Source: Chlamydiales bacterium
Lineage (GTDB): Bacteria; Chlamydiota; Chlamydiia; Chlamydiales; FEN-1388
DNA: 64,000 nucleotides
Assembly (NCBI GenBank): GCA_041737255.1
Contig: JBGSSB010000042.1
Coordinates: forward strand, 32,129 to 96,128
Direction of reading: 5' to 3'
The translations under genes were made by a program, and so were the position numbers. A model generated the notes under the pieces. That model did no database searches and had not been told where the DNA came from. It saw only the letters and a program-made list of their open reading frames with translations. Shown one piece after another: positions 28,156-37,843 of this stretch (position 1 is the stretch's first letter; the number at the start of each line of letters is the position of its first letter).

Positions 28156-29096
28156 TATGATCCCTTAACAATAGGTGTAATTTTTACCTTTTCTACAAAG
28201 CGATCGCCCGTATTCAAAATTTCTATATTAAATTCGTCATGATGAAGCACAACACCCTTCTTAGGGATCGTGCCTAATCGGAAGAATACATAACCTGCAA
28301 GAGTATCATATTCACCCTCTTGCGGCACCTTAATACCTATCTCTTCGGCTAAATCAAGTAAATTTACTCTACCATCAACAATCCAAGAGCCTCGGCCTGT
28401 AGGTATAACTACAACCTCTGCTTCATCATACTCATCTGCAATTTCGCCCACAATCTCTTCCAAAATATCTTCAATCGTCACGATGCCGGCAGTACCACCA
28501 TATTCATCAACGACAACAGCAATATGGCTCTGTTTTTTACGAAATTCCTGTAGTAGAAAGGATATTTTTTTTGTCTCAGGTGTGTAGAGTACGTTTTTAG
28601 CAAGATCTTCGATTGGCTGCTCTAAAAACTCTTTTTCTTTACCCTCAGATACATATTCCATGTACTTGGCCAAAATGTCTTTGTACATAAGTACCCCGAC
28701 AATATGATCTTGAGTATTTTTGTAGACAGGCACACGGCTATATCCCTCTTTTTGCATACTTTCAGCAGCATCTTTAATCGAGCAGCTTTCAGATAAGCAA
28801 AAAAGGTCAACTCGCGGAACCATTACCTCACGCACAATGCGCTCTCGAAAGGTAAGTACTGACTCAAACAGTTTTTTATCGTGATCGTTGAGTAAATTAC
28901 CTTCTCCAATATCACGTATTAAGTCGGCCAAACTCTCAACGCTATGCTCTTTTTTGAACACACGAACAATGCGAGATTTCCAGGAAACTTGTTTACCGTT
29001 TTTTAGTGGGGATTTTTTGTTTTTTATAACTATAAACACTATGAGAGCACAAAGAAGTATGAGAGCTATCAACGAATAGAGGCCTACTTCCGACAT
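28155..29096 (-). CDS. CBS-domain / CorC_HlyC transporter-associated protein (TlyC/CorC-like)
   Basis: 313 aa with an N-terminal TM, a CBS pair (REVMVPRVD..., VPVYKNTQDHIVGVL...) and a C-terminal CorC_HlyC-like domain. Overlaps ybeY and rny. Confidence 0.8.
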   Translation of the reverse strand: MSEVGLYSLIALILLCALIVFIVIKNKKSPLKNGKQVSWKSRIVRVFKKEHSVESLADLIRDIGEGNLLNDHDKKLFESVLTFRERIVREVMVPRVDLFCLSESCSIKDAAESMQKEGYSRVPVYKNTQDHIVGVLMYKDILAKYMEYVSEGKEKEFLEQPIEDLAKNVLYTPETKKISFLLQEFRKKQSHIAVVVDEYGGTAGIVTIEDILEEIVGEIADEYDEAEVVVIPTGRGSWIVDGRVNLLDLAEEIGIKVPQEGEYDTLAGYVFFRLGTIPKKGVVLHHDEFNIEILNTGDRFVEKVKITPIVKGS

Positions 29097-29548
29097 AAAA
29101 TGTTTCCAGTTTTTTCAAGGAGTTTCATATATTTTTTTTCTTTAGCACGCATTCGAGTGCGATCTTTAGGGTCAATATCATCATACCCAAGAAGATGTAA
29201 GAGCCCATGTACAACATAAAGAGTTATTTCTCGATAGGGGTCGTTATTTCCTGTTTCTTCAGCATAGTTCATAGCTTGCCTAGGACAAACAAACACATCG
29301 CCTAAGTAACAAAAACCAGCCGTTGCATCAGTATCCATAGGAAAAGAGATACAGTCTGTAATCGTAGCATCGTCGAAAAATTCTTTATGCAATTTACATA
29401 TAACTGGGGAGGAAACAAAATGAACGGAAACTTCGTCACACGCTTGTTTTTCAGCTGCAAGAACGAGCATAACAAGCATTTCAAGCTTCTGACGTTCGTG
29501 TTTGAGGGGCAGGTCCTTTTGTCGATCTGAAATGAGTACCTTCATCAT
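29084..29548 (-). CDS. ybeY: Endoribonuclease YbeY
   Basis: 154 aa with the zinc motif HGLLHLLGYDD. Confidence 0.9.
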   Translation of the reverse strand: MMKVLISDRQKDLPLKHERQKLEMLVMLVLAAEKQACDEVSVHFVSSPVICKLHKEFFDDATITDCISFPMDTDATAGFCYLGDVFVCPRQAMNYAEETGNNDPYREITLYVVHGLLHLLGYDDIDPKDRTRMRAKEKKYMKLLEKTGNILCRK

Positions 29549-29622
29549 ACTTTAACCATATTGCTCAGACAAAATCTTTGCAAGCTCCAACGCAATTAAA
29601 ATGAAGGTTTAAGAAAAAATCA

Positions 29623-29653
29623 ACCACAGAGAACTTTAATCGCGCTCTGTGGT
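29623..29653. terminator. Stem-loop terminator downstream of the small basic protein genes
   Basis: ACCACAGAG-(13 nt)-CTCTGTGGT, with A-rich sequence on one flank and a T-run (ATTATTTTTT) on the other. Confidence 0.6.
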
Positions 29654-29735
29654 AAATTATTTTTTAAGCAGTTACAAAAGCTCGAAAGCTCTCTTACTAC
29701 TATAGGAAAGGGCTCTGTCAAATCGCCACAATATA

Positions 29736-29897
29736 CTACGGTATGATTGGCGTTTTTGGAAGACCAGTTACTTTTGTATTTTCACCATCTTTCCAGCGAC
29801 CGAGCTTTTTAAGAGCATCAACACGTTCGAATCGCTTCAAAACGTTTCGCTTTTTTACAGATTTATTTGACTTTCCAAAACTTGGGTGTCGTGACAT
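29736..29897 (-). CDS. Small highly basic protein
   Basis: 53 aa, MSRHPSFGKSNKSVKKRNVLKRFERVDALKKLGRWKDGENTKVTGLPKTPIIP. Strong SD (GGAGG) 8 nt upstream of the ATG at 29895-29897. The longer track ORF start is unlikely. Confidence 0.6.
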   Translation of the reverse strand: MSRHPSFGKSNKSVKKRNVLKRFERVDALKKLGRWKDGENTKVTGLPKTPIIP

Positions 29898-29913
29898 GCT
29901 AATTCGCCTCCAG

Positions 29914-30087
29914 TTACAGTTTGGGAATATAGGCATTAAGTGCAGTTTGTGTACCTGTGAGGGCATTCGCGTGCTCTTTAAAACCTTTTTCTAGTGCATC
30001 TTTTTTTGGGCCAGTTTTTGCAAAACCGACTTTTGGTCTTCTTGGGGAGACCGATCTATCTCTTGTTTTTTTACTTAAGCGTACCAT
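29914..30087 (-). CDS. Small basic protein (below the ORF-track length cutoff)
   Basis: My own translation gives 57 aa: MVRLSKKTRDRSVSPRRPKVGFAKTGPKKDALEKGFKEHANALTGTQTALNAYIPKL. SD AAGGAG lies upstream. Its stop is 16 nt before the next small gene. Confidence 0.45.
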   Translation of the reverse strand: MVRLSKKTRDRSVSPRRPKVGFAKTGPKKDALEKGFKEHANALTGTQTALNAYIPKL

Positions 30088-30129
30088 TGGAATACTCCTT
30101 ACAACAGTTGGCTAGACATTCTAACGATT

Positions 30130-30780
30130 TTATTCTTTTACTGCAATTGCCTTAGCACTTCCAAAACTCATTACATATTTAAGAGCCTCATCGGCAGGAA
30201 CATCGAACGTAGATACATCAGATTTTAAGAAGGTACAAAGGTAGCCATTTGTGGCATTTGGAGTAGATGGAATGAATACAGAAACGTACTGTTTGGCTTC
30301 TGTTTCATGATCAGACAGCTTAGCCTCGAATTCGGCTGTAATTATGCCCACTGTAAGCTGATCTGCCGTAGGGTAGGGCACAAGTACTGCATCGCGAGAA
30401 GTTTGCTTCTCGTGCGGCTTAAAGAAGACGTCAACTAATTCTTTTGATGGAGAGTAGATATTGCGGATTATAGGAATTTTTCTCAGCACTCTATCAACAT
30501 AATCTCCGCACGATTCAAGTAATACTCGAGCAGCTAGAAATCCCACTAAAAAAACAAACACTACAAGAGCTGCTACAATGAGCGCTTTTGAAACTAAATA
30601 AGTGACCTGGTCACGGGTAATAACGCCGAGGCCATTATCAAATAAATGAGTGCTATTAATAAAAGAGTTTACCGCGACCTCAAAAGGCTTGGTGACCAAA
30701 CTAATACCAAATGCCATAACTACATAGGTCACGATCACAGGAAGAAGTGTTACAAGGCCTAAGAAAAAGCTTTTTTTCAT
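30130..30780 (-). CDS. DUF502 family membrane protein
   Basis: 216 aa with two N-terminal TM helices and the conserved STPNATNGYL region. Paralog of the upstream gene. Confidence 0.7.
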   Translation of the reverse strand: MKKSFFLGLVTLLPVIVTYVVMAFGISLVTKPFEVAVNSFINSTHLFDNGLGVITRDQVTYLVSKALIVAALVVFVFLVGFLAARVLLESCGDYVDRVLRKIPIIRNIYSPSKELVDVFFKPHEKQTSRDAVLVPYPTADQLTVGIITAEFEAKLSDHETEAKQYVSVFIPSTPNATNGYLCTFLKSDVSTFDVPADEALKYVMSFGSAKAIAVKE

Positions 30781-31382
30781 AAATCGTTACTTTTTATAAC
30801 GTTGGGCATAAGAACGCCACATGAAATAATGTACCTCAAAGCCTCTTCAACCTTCATATCTAACTCGATAACATCATCTTTGCGATACATAAGCAAAAAG
30901 CCAGTGGTAGGGTTTGGGGTGGTAGGCACAAAAACTGCCACGCGACCATCTAGCGAAACCTCTTGTGTGACAAATCCAACAACCATTGAACCCGGGTGAG
31001 GAAAAGGCACAAAAACTACCTGCTTAAATGAAACACTATCATGCCTAAAGACAGACTGAATAAGCTCTTGGGATGTTTTATACACAGCACTTACGATAGG
31101 TATGCGGTGCAATATGGCATCAGATAGTTGCAAAAGATATTTAAATAAAAAATACCTACCTATGGCGCCAATGGAGATAATTAAGCCAAACAAAAGGCAA
31201 AGAGCAAGGACTTTACCGCCGAATTCTAAAATTTCAGGGGAGTGTATGCCTAGCAACTTTAATGCAGTTATGGCAACCCCGGTAAATGGGTCTGTTAACA
31301 CAGCTAGAATAAAGCCAATAATCCAGTAGGTAAGTGCTAATGGCAAAAGCACAACGAGACCAGTAACAAAATACTTTTTCAT
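30777..31382 (-). CDS. DUF502 family membrane protein
   Basis: 201 aa. TTPNPTTGFLLMYRKDDVIELDMKVEEALRYIISCGV is typical of DUF502. A 4-nt overlap joins it to the downstream paralog. Confidence 0.7.
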   Translation of the reverse strand: MKKYFVTGLVVLLPLALTYWIIGFILAVLTDPFTGVAITALKLLGIHSPEILEFGGKVLALCLLFGLIISIGAIGRYFLFKYLLQLSDAILHRIPIVSAVYKTSQELIQSVFRHDSVSFKQVVFVPFPHPGSMVVGFVTQEVSLDGRVAVFVPTTPNPTTGFLLMYRKDDVIELDMKVEEALRYIISCGVLMPNVIKSNDL

Positions 31383-31465
31383 GCAAACCTCTCAAGTAGC
31401 CGGATACTACCACAACAGCACTGTTTGTGATAAGAAAAAGAATTATTGGTTAGAGTCAGATCTCA

Positions 31466-31810
31466 CTACTTTTTCCATTCCCAATCGCCGCCCTTTGCAT
31501 AGCGTTTTTTCTTTTCACGCTTTTCTTCTTTCAGCTTTGCGATTCTTTCTAGCGTAGCCTTCTTTTCATAAAGAAGGTCTTCGTAGCCTTTAGAGAGGCT
31601 TTGAGCAAGAGGATGCGTTGGCAAGAGGATTTTTTTTGCAATCTGAGAGCGATTACCATGTGCGCAGTAAATATATAATACTTCGTCTGCTGGCAAATTA
31701 TCTGGGATATTTCCTTTCATGAGTTCGCTTAATGGGCAGTGAATAGCATCTTTTAGATGGCCCATGTCCCATTCATCTTGTTCTCGAACATCGACATATA
31801 TACCTTCCAT
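31466..31810 (-). CDS. Single-domain rhodanese-like sulfurtransferase with a Lys/Glu-rich tail
   Basis: Active-site loop CAHGNRS. The ATG at 31808-31810 lies immediately after the rnr stop (31812-31814). Confidence 0.7.
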   Translation of the reverse strand: MEGIYVDVREQDEWDMGHLKDAIHCPLSELMKGNIPDNLPADEVLYIYCAHGNRSQIAKKILLPTHPLAQSLSKGYEDLLYEKKATLERIAKLKEEKREKKKRYAKGGDWEWKK

Positions 31811-31811
31811 C

Positions 31812-34211
31812 TTAGCGTCTCCTTCCAGATCGTCTTCTATCTTTTTTATTACTTTTATTTCTATTATCCGGCTTGTTTCCAAAGCCGCTTCGAGGCCTAC
31901 TTACATCGCCAACTTCATTTGAGTGTGTAACAAGGTTCCAGGAGCAGTCCTGCAAAATAAAGTCGATGTGTCGAACTATCACAGTAAGTTTGTCACCGGC
32001 TTTATAACTCAAGCCCTGGTAACGCCCCAGCAGCATCATCTCTTTTTCGCTATATTCAAAATAATCTTCATCAAGATCTGAAACATGTAAATAGCCCTCT
32101 AACATAAACTCTAGGACATCAAAATAGATTCCAAAAGGTTTTACGCGAGTGACAACAGCTTCAAAGGTGCGGTGACGCTCTTTACTATGACAAGCATCAA
32201 GCATGCGAAGCTTCTTCAAAAAGGTAACTCCGCCCTCTGCTCGGGCTGAAATCCTTTCACGCTCCGATGCATCGCTGCTTATCTCTTGAAGCTTATCTCT
32301 ATCAATATTGCCCTCAAAGAGCAAGCGATGGATTATCGTATCAACATAGCGGCGAATAGGGCTTGTAAAGTGGGTGTAGTGCTCAAGGCTTAGGCCGTAG
32401 TGGCCAATGTTGTCAGGGGAGTAACAGGCTAGGCGCATGCTGCGTATGTAACAGGTAGCAAGGTACTGGGCAGATCTTCCCTCATCAAGCTCAGAAAAAA
32501 ACTGCTGTATATCTTGCGGTGTCGGATCTTGTGCTAAACTATACCCAAAAGCACAGGCAAGAGCCGAAAATTCACGAAGTGACTCTTTAGCAGGCTCTTC
32601 ATGCACTCTGAAGGTGGCATTTTTGCCCTGCTTTGTAAGTGCTATAGCTACAGTCTCGTTTGCCTTAAGCATAAACTCTTCAACAAGCTGGTGGGTGATA
32701 TCATATTCTATGATCTCAGTACCAACAGGTACGCCTTTTTCATCTACTCGTATTTTAAATTCGGGCATAAATAGCTGAACACTTCCACGCTCTGATCGCT
32801 TTTTCTTAAGCAGGTAACAGACTTCCAGCATCTGCTGTAGTTTATTCTTGTGCTTGCTCTCTAGCTCGCCGTCCAAAACCTTTTTTGCCTGCTTGTACGT
32901 AAAGCGCTTTTGGCTTTTGATAACGCTACGGCAGATACGATAATTCTTGGTTTCGCCATGATCATCGATATGTATAAATACGCTCACAGTAAGGCGTATA
33001 ACGCCTTCTCGTAAGGAGCATAAGTTATCAGAAAGCTCTGGAGGCAGCATGGGAATGCATTTTCCAGGAAAATAGGTAGAGTTACATCGAAGTGACGCTT
33101 CACGATCAAGCGCAGATTGTGCTTTGACATAGTGTGAAACATCAGCAATATGCACACCCAGTATCCAAACGCCATCTTTACGCTCTAATGATACAGCATC
33201 ATCATAGTCTTTTGCAGTATCTGGATCGATGGTAAAACATTCAGTATTACGCAAGTCTTCTCTGCCTTCGATGTCTTCTTTGCGAACTCGAGTACCATAT
33301 GAGAGAGCTTCAAGGACGGCATCTTGTGGAAATTCGGTGCGAAGTTCATTTTCTAAAATCGCAACAGGGATATCACTTGAAGGATCTGAGATATGGCCTA
33401 TAATTTTAGAAAGCTCGCCTTTTGCCCCTTCATCTTTATCGCCCCACTTAGTGATGTCAAGTAACACTCGATCACCAACTTTTAATACCTGATCAAGGTT
33501 AGCAACCTCTACTGTACGCTTTTCACCAAGTAAGCTTGCAAAAACAAATGCTTTTTCATTAGCAACCTCGGCTACCGTGCCTACAAGAGTTTTTCTTTTG
33601 CGAGAAATAATCGATAGGATTTTACCTTCAGGACCGCGCTCGGAAACAGCCTCAAGGTTAACAAGAACCTCTACAACGTCGCCATCAATGGCGCCATTGG
33701 TGTAAGGTTTTGGAATAAAGACATCAGGCTCAGGGGAGTTTTTAATGACAACAAAACCAAAGCCTCTAACGTGCATTTTGATGGTGCCAACAACAATCTT
33801 TTCTTTAAGAGTGTCTTCTTGAGCTACAAGTTTATCGCCTGACTGCTCGACCATCCCTTCTGATTTAAGATCTTTTAGCACTCGGTCAAATATTTCCAGG
33901 TGTTCTGGATGTATTCTAAGGCGCTCGATAAGCGAATCTTTATTTTGAGGGGAGTAGTTTCGACCTTTTATGTATTCATAGGTAACTTTAAGCAGATTCT
34001 GAAAGAGTCGCTCCTGTTTTACATTACCTTTAGGTGGGGTCGCTTTTTTAGCAGCTTTCGCGCTTGGGCGTGCTTTTTTGGTGCTTGCAGGTTTTGTATC
34101 TGCAGGTATTGCACTTTCTTGTGTTGCACTTACTTGCGTTACACTTTCTTGTGTTACATTCTCTTGAGTGCTTGTATCTGTGGCGTCGCTAGTGCGACGT
34201 TTTCTTGGCAT
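31812..34211 (-). CDS. rnr: Ribonuclease R
   Basis: 799 aa with cold-shock/OB domains, an RNB domain (DPDTAKDYDDAVS; HYGLSLEHYTHFTSPIRRYVD) and an S1 domain. Basic low-complexity N- and C-terminal extensions. Confidence 0.9.
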   Translation of the reverse strand: MPRKRRTSDATDTSTQENVTQESVTQVSATQESAIPADTKPASTKKARPSAKAAKKATPPKGNVKQERLFQNLLKVTYEYIKGRNYSPQNKDSLIERLRIHPEHLEIFDRVLKDLKSEGMVEQSGDKLVAQEDTLKEKIVVGTIKMHVRGFGFVVIKNSPEPDVFIPKPYTNGAIDGDVVEVLVNLEAVSERGPEGKILSIISRKRKTLVGTVAEVANEKAFVFASLLGEKRTVEVANLDQVLKVGDRVLLDITKWGDKDEGAKGELSKIIGHISDPSSDIPVAILENELRTEFPQDAVLEALSYGTRVRKEDIEGREDLRNTECFTIDPDTAKDYDDAVSLERKDGVWILGVHIADVSHYVKAQSALDREASLRCNSTYFPGKCIPMLPPELSDNLCSLREGVIRLTVSVFIHIDDHGETKNYRICRSVIKSQKRFTYKQAKKVLDGELESKHKNKLQQMLEVCYLLKKKRSERGSVQLFMPEFKIRVDEKGVPVGTEIIEYDITHQLVEEFMLKANETVAIALTKQGKNATFRVHEEPAKESLREFSALACAFGYSLAQDPTPQDIQQFFSELDEGRSAQYLATCYIRSMRLACYSPDNIGHYGLSLEHYTHFTSPIRRYVDTIIHRLLFEGNIDRDKLQEISSDASERERISARAEGGVTFLKKLRMLDACHSKERHRTFEAVVTRVKPFGIYFDVLEFMLEGYLHVSDLDEDYFEYSEKEMMLLGRYQGLSYKAGDKLTVIVRHIDFILQDCSWNLVTHSNEVGDVSRPRSGFGNKPDNRNKSNKKDRRRSGRRR

Positions 34212-34416
34212 AGTTTATCTTGTTATAAGGTTACGAGCCCCAATATCACTACAGGACTCTTACAAAAACTTGATTATACCACATGGCCATGATTGTACGC
34301 AAAGATGAACCAGGCTCTTCAATTTTACATACCAAAGCCTTTGCTAGATAGTCGCTTCAAAAAAATGGTCTTTATTTGCTACACTTGCAGGCCATTACGA
34401 AACCTTAAGGCTATCG

Positions 34417-36939
34417 ATGCGCAAATACGAACACAAAGAAATTGAAAAAAAGTGGCAAAAATATTGGGAAGAAAAAGGCACCTACACCGTAGCTGTAGAT
34501 ACCTCCAAACCCAAATACTACGTCCTTGACATGTTCCCCTACCCATCAGGCGCAGGACTGCATGTAGGTCACGTAGAAGGCTACACAGCAACTGACATCG
34601 TAGCTCGTTACAAACGCATGCGTGGTTTTAATGTTCTTCACCCCATGGGCTGGGATAGTTTTGGCCTTCCAGCAGAACAGTATGCTGTTCGCACTGGCAA
34701 GCACCCTGCAATATCTACAAAAGCAAATATCGACACCTTCCGCAAACAGCTTAAATCTTTGGGCTTCAGCTACGACTGGTCCAGAGAAATTGCAACAAGC
34801 GATGCTACTTATTACAAATGGACGCAATGGATCTTCACCAAACTTGTCGAAAAAGACCTTGCCTACGAAGCTGAAATTTCTGTTAACTACTGCCCACACC
34901 TTGGCACAGTACTTGCCAATGAAGAAGTAGACAACGGCAAATCAAAAGAGGGCGGCTATCCTGTTGTCCGCAAGCCTCTCAAGCAGTGGATGCTTAAAAT
35001 TACTGCCTATGCCGACCGCCTTTTGGCTGACATCGAAGCTGTAAACTGGCCCTCATACATCAAAGCCGCACAGATCAACTGGATTGGCAAAAGCTCTGGT
35101 GGTACCATGCACTTTGAGGTGCCATCTATAAAACAGCACTTCACTGTATATACAACACGTCCAGAAACAGCATTTGGCGCCACCTTCGCCGTGTTAGCAC
35201 CTGAACATCCCTTTGTTGATGCACTTACAACGCCAGCACAAAAAGCCGCTATCGAGGCATACAGAGAGCAAGCTGCAGCTAAAAACGACTTTGAGCGAAC
35301 AGAGCTTAACAAAGATAAAAGCGGCTGCTTCACAGGAAGCTACGCCATAAACCCAGCAACCGGAAAAGAGATCCCCATCTGGATTGCCGACTATGTACTT
35401 GCAACCTATGGATCTGGTGCCATCATGGCAGTTCCGGGCTCTGATAGCCGAGACTATGACTTTGCTAAAAAGCATAACCTTCCAATAGTGGCTGTAGTAA
35501 AGCCAAAAGAAGGTGAAGCAGCTGTAGAGGGGGCATTTGAGGAAGAAGGCATTGCCATAAATAGCTCAAACAGCGAACTATCACTTGATGGCCTTGAAAC
35601 TAAAGAGGCTATGGACAAGTTCCTTACCTGGATTGAACAAAAGGGAATTGGCAAAAGGGCTACGCACTACAAACTACGCGACTGGCTTTTCTCACGACAA
35701 CGCTACTGGGCAGAGCCTATGCCCATTTTACACTTTGAAGATGGCTCAACACGCCTTCTTGATATAGATGAGCTACCATTATGCCCACCAGAGCTTGATG
35801 ACTACAAGCCAGCAGGCGACGGTCAAAGCCCGCTTGCCAAAGTAAAAGAGTGGGTAGAAATCACCGACTCTAAAACAGGCAAAAAAGCGCGCCGCGAAAC
35901 AAACACCATGCCTCAATGGGCTGGCTCTTGCTGGTACTACCTTCGCTTTGCCGATGCAAACAACCCCGATGCTGCCTGGTCTAAAGAAGCTGAAAAATAC
36001 TGGCTTCCGGTAGATTTATATGTTGGGGGAGTAGAACACGCCGTACTACACCTATTATATGCACGTTTTTGGCATAAAGTGCTTTATGACTGCGGGCTTG
36101 TATCTACTGTTGAGCCCTTCCAGATGCTCAGAAACCAGGGCCTTATTGTAGCACGCTCCTACAAAAATAGCGCAAACGCCTACGTCGACCCGGTTGAAGT
36201 TACAGAAAAAGAGGGCAAATACCTCCACCACAAAACGGGTGAAGAGCTAATCAGCCAAGTAGAAAAAATGTCTAAGTCAAAACTTAACGGCATAACCCCT
36301 GATGAAATCATTGAAACCTATGGTGCCGATGCCCTGCGCCTTTATGAGATGTTCATGGGACCGCTTGAAAAAGAAAAGGTATGGAACACCGATGCTGTTG
36401 CTGCTTGCAGACGATTTCTTGCACGTGTCTATGACCTTGTTGCAACAACTGAAAAACACTCAGATCAAACCAACGAAGAAACCCTGCGCATCACCCACAA
36501 GCTTATAGCTAAGGTTGGAAGCGACCTTGAAAACCTCATGTTTAATACATCGATAGCCAAGATGATGGAATATGTAAATGAGGTAAGCCGCCACGAAACC
36601 TACTCTAAATGGTCTCTTAAAGTGTTTGTGCAGCTACTTTCTGCCTTTGCCCCGCATATTGCAGAAGAGCTTTGGCAGATGCTAGGACAAACAGATGAAC
36701 TTTCGTTTGTTTCATTTCCAACGTATGATGAACAGTACCTTGAAGACTCCGTCGTTACCTATGTTATCCAGGTAAACGGCAAGCTGCGAGGAAAAGTTGA
36801 TTTGCCAAAAGATCAAAGCGAAGAGGTGATTGTAGGTTTAGCCCAAAACCACCCCAACGTCATAAAATTTTTAGATGGCAAGGCTATGAAAAAGGCAATT
36901 TTTGTGCCAAACAAGCTTTTGAACATCGTTGTAGCATAA
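34417..36939 (+). CDS. leuS: Leucine--tRNA ligase
   Basis: 840 aa. HIGH-type motif PYPSGAGLHVGH, KMSKS motif present, typical LeuS N-terminus (EIEKKWQKYWEE). Confidence 0.95.
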   Translation: MRKYEHKEIEKKWQKYWEEKGTYTVAVDTSKPKYYVLDMFPYPSGAGLHVGHVEGYTATDIVARYKRMRGFNVLHPMGWDSFGLPAEQYAVRTGKHPAISTKANIDTFRKQLKSLGFSYDWSREIATSDATYYKWTQWIFTKLVEKDLAYEAEISVNYCPHLGTVLANEEVDNGKSKEGGYPVVRKPLKQWMLKITAYADRLLADIEAVNWPSYIKAAQINWIGKSSGGTMHFEVPSIKQHFTVYTTRPETAFGATFAVLAPEHPFVDALTTPAQKAAIEAYREQAAAKNDFERTELNKDKSGCFTGSYAINPATGKEIPIWIADYVLATYGSGAIMAVPGSDSRDYDFAKKHNLPIVAVVKPKEGEAAVEGAFEEEGIAINSSNSELSLDGLETKEAMDKFLTWIEQKGIGKRATHYKLRDWLFSRQRYWAEPMPILHFEDGSTRLLDIDELPLCPPELDDYKPAGDGQSPLAKVKEWVEITDSKTGKKARRETNTMPQWAGSCWYYLRFADANNPDAAWSKEAEKYWLPVDLYVGGVEHAVLHLLYARFWHKVLYDCGLVSTVEPFQMLRNQGLIVARSYKNSANAYVDPVEVTEKEGKYLHHKTGEELISQVEKMSKSKLNGITPDEIIETYGADALRLYEMFMGPLEKEKVWNTDAVAACRRFLARVYDLVATTEKHSDQTNEETLRITHKLIAKVGSDLENLMFNTSIAKMMEYVNEVSRHETYSKWSLKVFVQLLSAFAPHIAEELWQMLGQTDELSFVSFPTYDEQYLEDSVVTYVIQVNGKLRGKVDLPKDQSEEVIVGLAQNHPNVIKFLDGKAMKKAIFVPNKLLNIVVA

Positions 36940-36948
36940 GAAATACCA

Positions 36949-37001
36949 TTCACCGCAGAGAAAAAATCTTTTATGTTTATCTACCGGTTCTCTGCGGTGA
37001 A
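36949..37001. terminator. Long stem-loop between convergent leuS and the PCD gene
   Basis: Perfect 14-bp stem TTCACCGCAGAGAA/TTCTCTGCGGTGAA with a 25-nt loop, followed by TGCGTTTTC. Confidence 0.6.
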
Positions 37002-37023
37002 TGCGTTTTCAATCTTCCCTCTA

Positions 37024-37359
37024 TCAGATAGCGTCAATTTTAGCAGCTAAGATGAAATCGTTAACTGACAGCCCCTTAATCTTATGGGTCCACAAGGTAA
37101 TTTTTACTTTACCCCAGCTAAGAAGTATATCAGGGTGGTGCCCCTCTTTTTCAGCGAGATTGCCTACGGCAACGGTAAAATCAAGCGCTTCCTTAAAATC
37201 TACAAACTTAAAATCCCTTTCTAAGTGATGAAAATCAACTACTTTCCAGTCACTTTGCAAAGAGGGAACTAACTCTGTAATTTCCTCCTCTTGTAGAGGC
37301 ATTGTAGCACTTGTGCAAGGTTCACACTTTTTGCTGTAAAGTTCATCATTTCCAGTCAT
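37024..37359 (-). CDS. Pterin-4-alpha-carbinolamine dehydratase
   Basis: 111 aa. EGHHPDILLSWGKVKITLWTH is diagnostic of PCD/DCoH. Confidence 0.85.
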   Translation of the reverse strand: MTGNDELYSKKCEPCTSATMPLQEEEITELVPSLQSDWKVVDFHHLERDFKFVDFKEALDFTVAVGNLAEKEGHHPDILLSWGKVKITLWTHKIKGLSVNDFILAAKIDAI

Positions 37360-37438
37360 AAAAACACCAAATTAAAAGTATTTGTTGATAATAATCGTCA
37401 CGCCACCTATTTGGAAGTAGAACATAGGAGTTTATTTA

Positions 37439-37816
37439 ATGAAAGTCGAACGTGCAGATATCACACCATTGGTAAACGTGGCATGCAAAAATCTTGAAAA
37501 CCTGAAATCAAAAATAGGCGAAGATGTAAGCAACGTAAACGAAGACGAACTAAAAGAGATCATAACACTCTTACACCAAGAGTCTAATCAGCTAACTCGC
37601 GAGATCAACCAAAGTAGAGAAATAGCACCACTTGATGGAACCCTTAAAACAAAGCTGACATCGCTAATCGATTCAATTAGACACATGTCAACATTTACTC
37701 AAGCGCTAGGGCCTCAACAAGCCTTACTTCTTGGTGTGTTTAAGCGTATCGAAAACTGTATACATAAGTTTGAGTCTAAAGTTACTAAGGTTGATTCAAG
37801 CGAGCCATTGCGTTAG
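37439..37816 (+). CDS. Hypothetical coiled-coil protein
   Basis: 125-aa ORF with no recognisable motif. Confidence 0.4.
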   Translation: MKVERADITPLVNVACKNLENLKSKIGEDVSNVNEDELKEIITLLHQESNQLTREINQSREIAPLDGTLKTKLTSLIDSIRHMSTFTQALGPQQALLLGVFKRIENCIHKFESKVTKVDSSEPLR

Positions 37817-37843
37817 ATTGCCTTGGCATGCTACCCTTGATGC

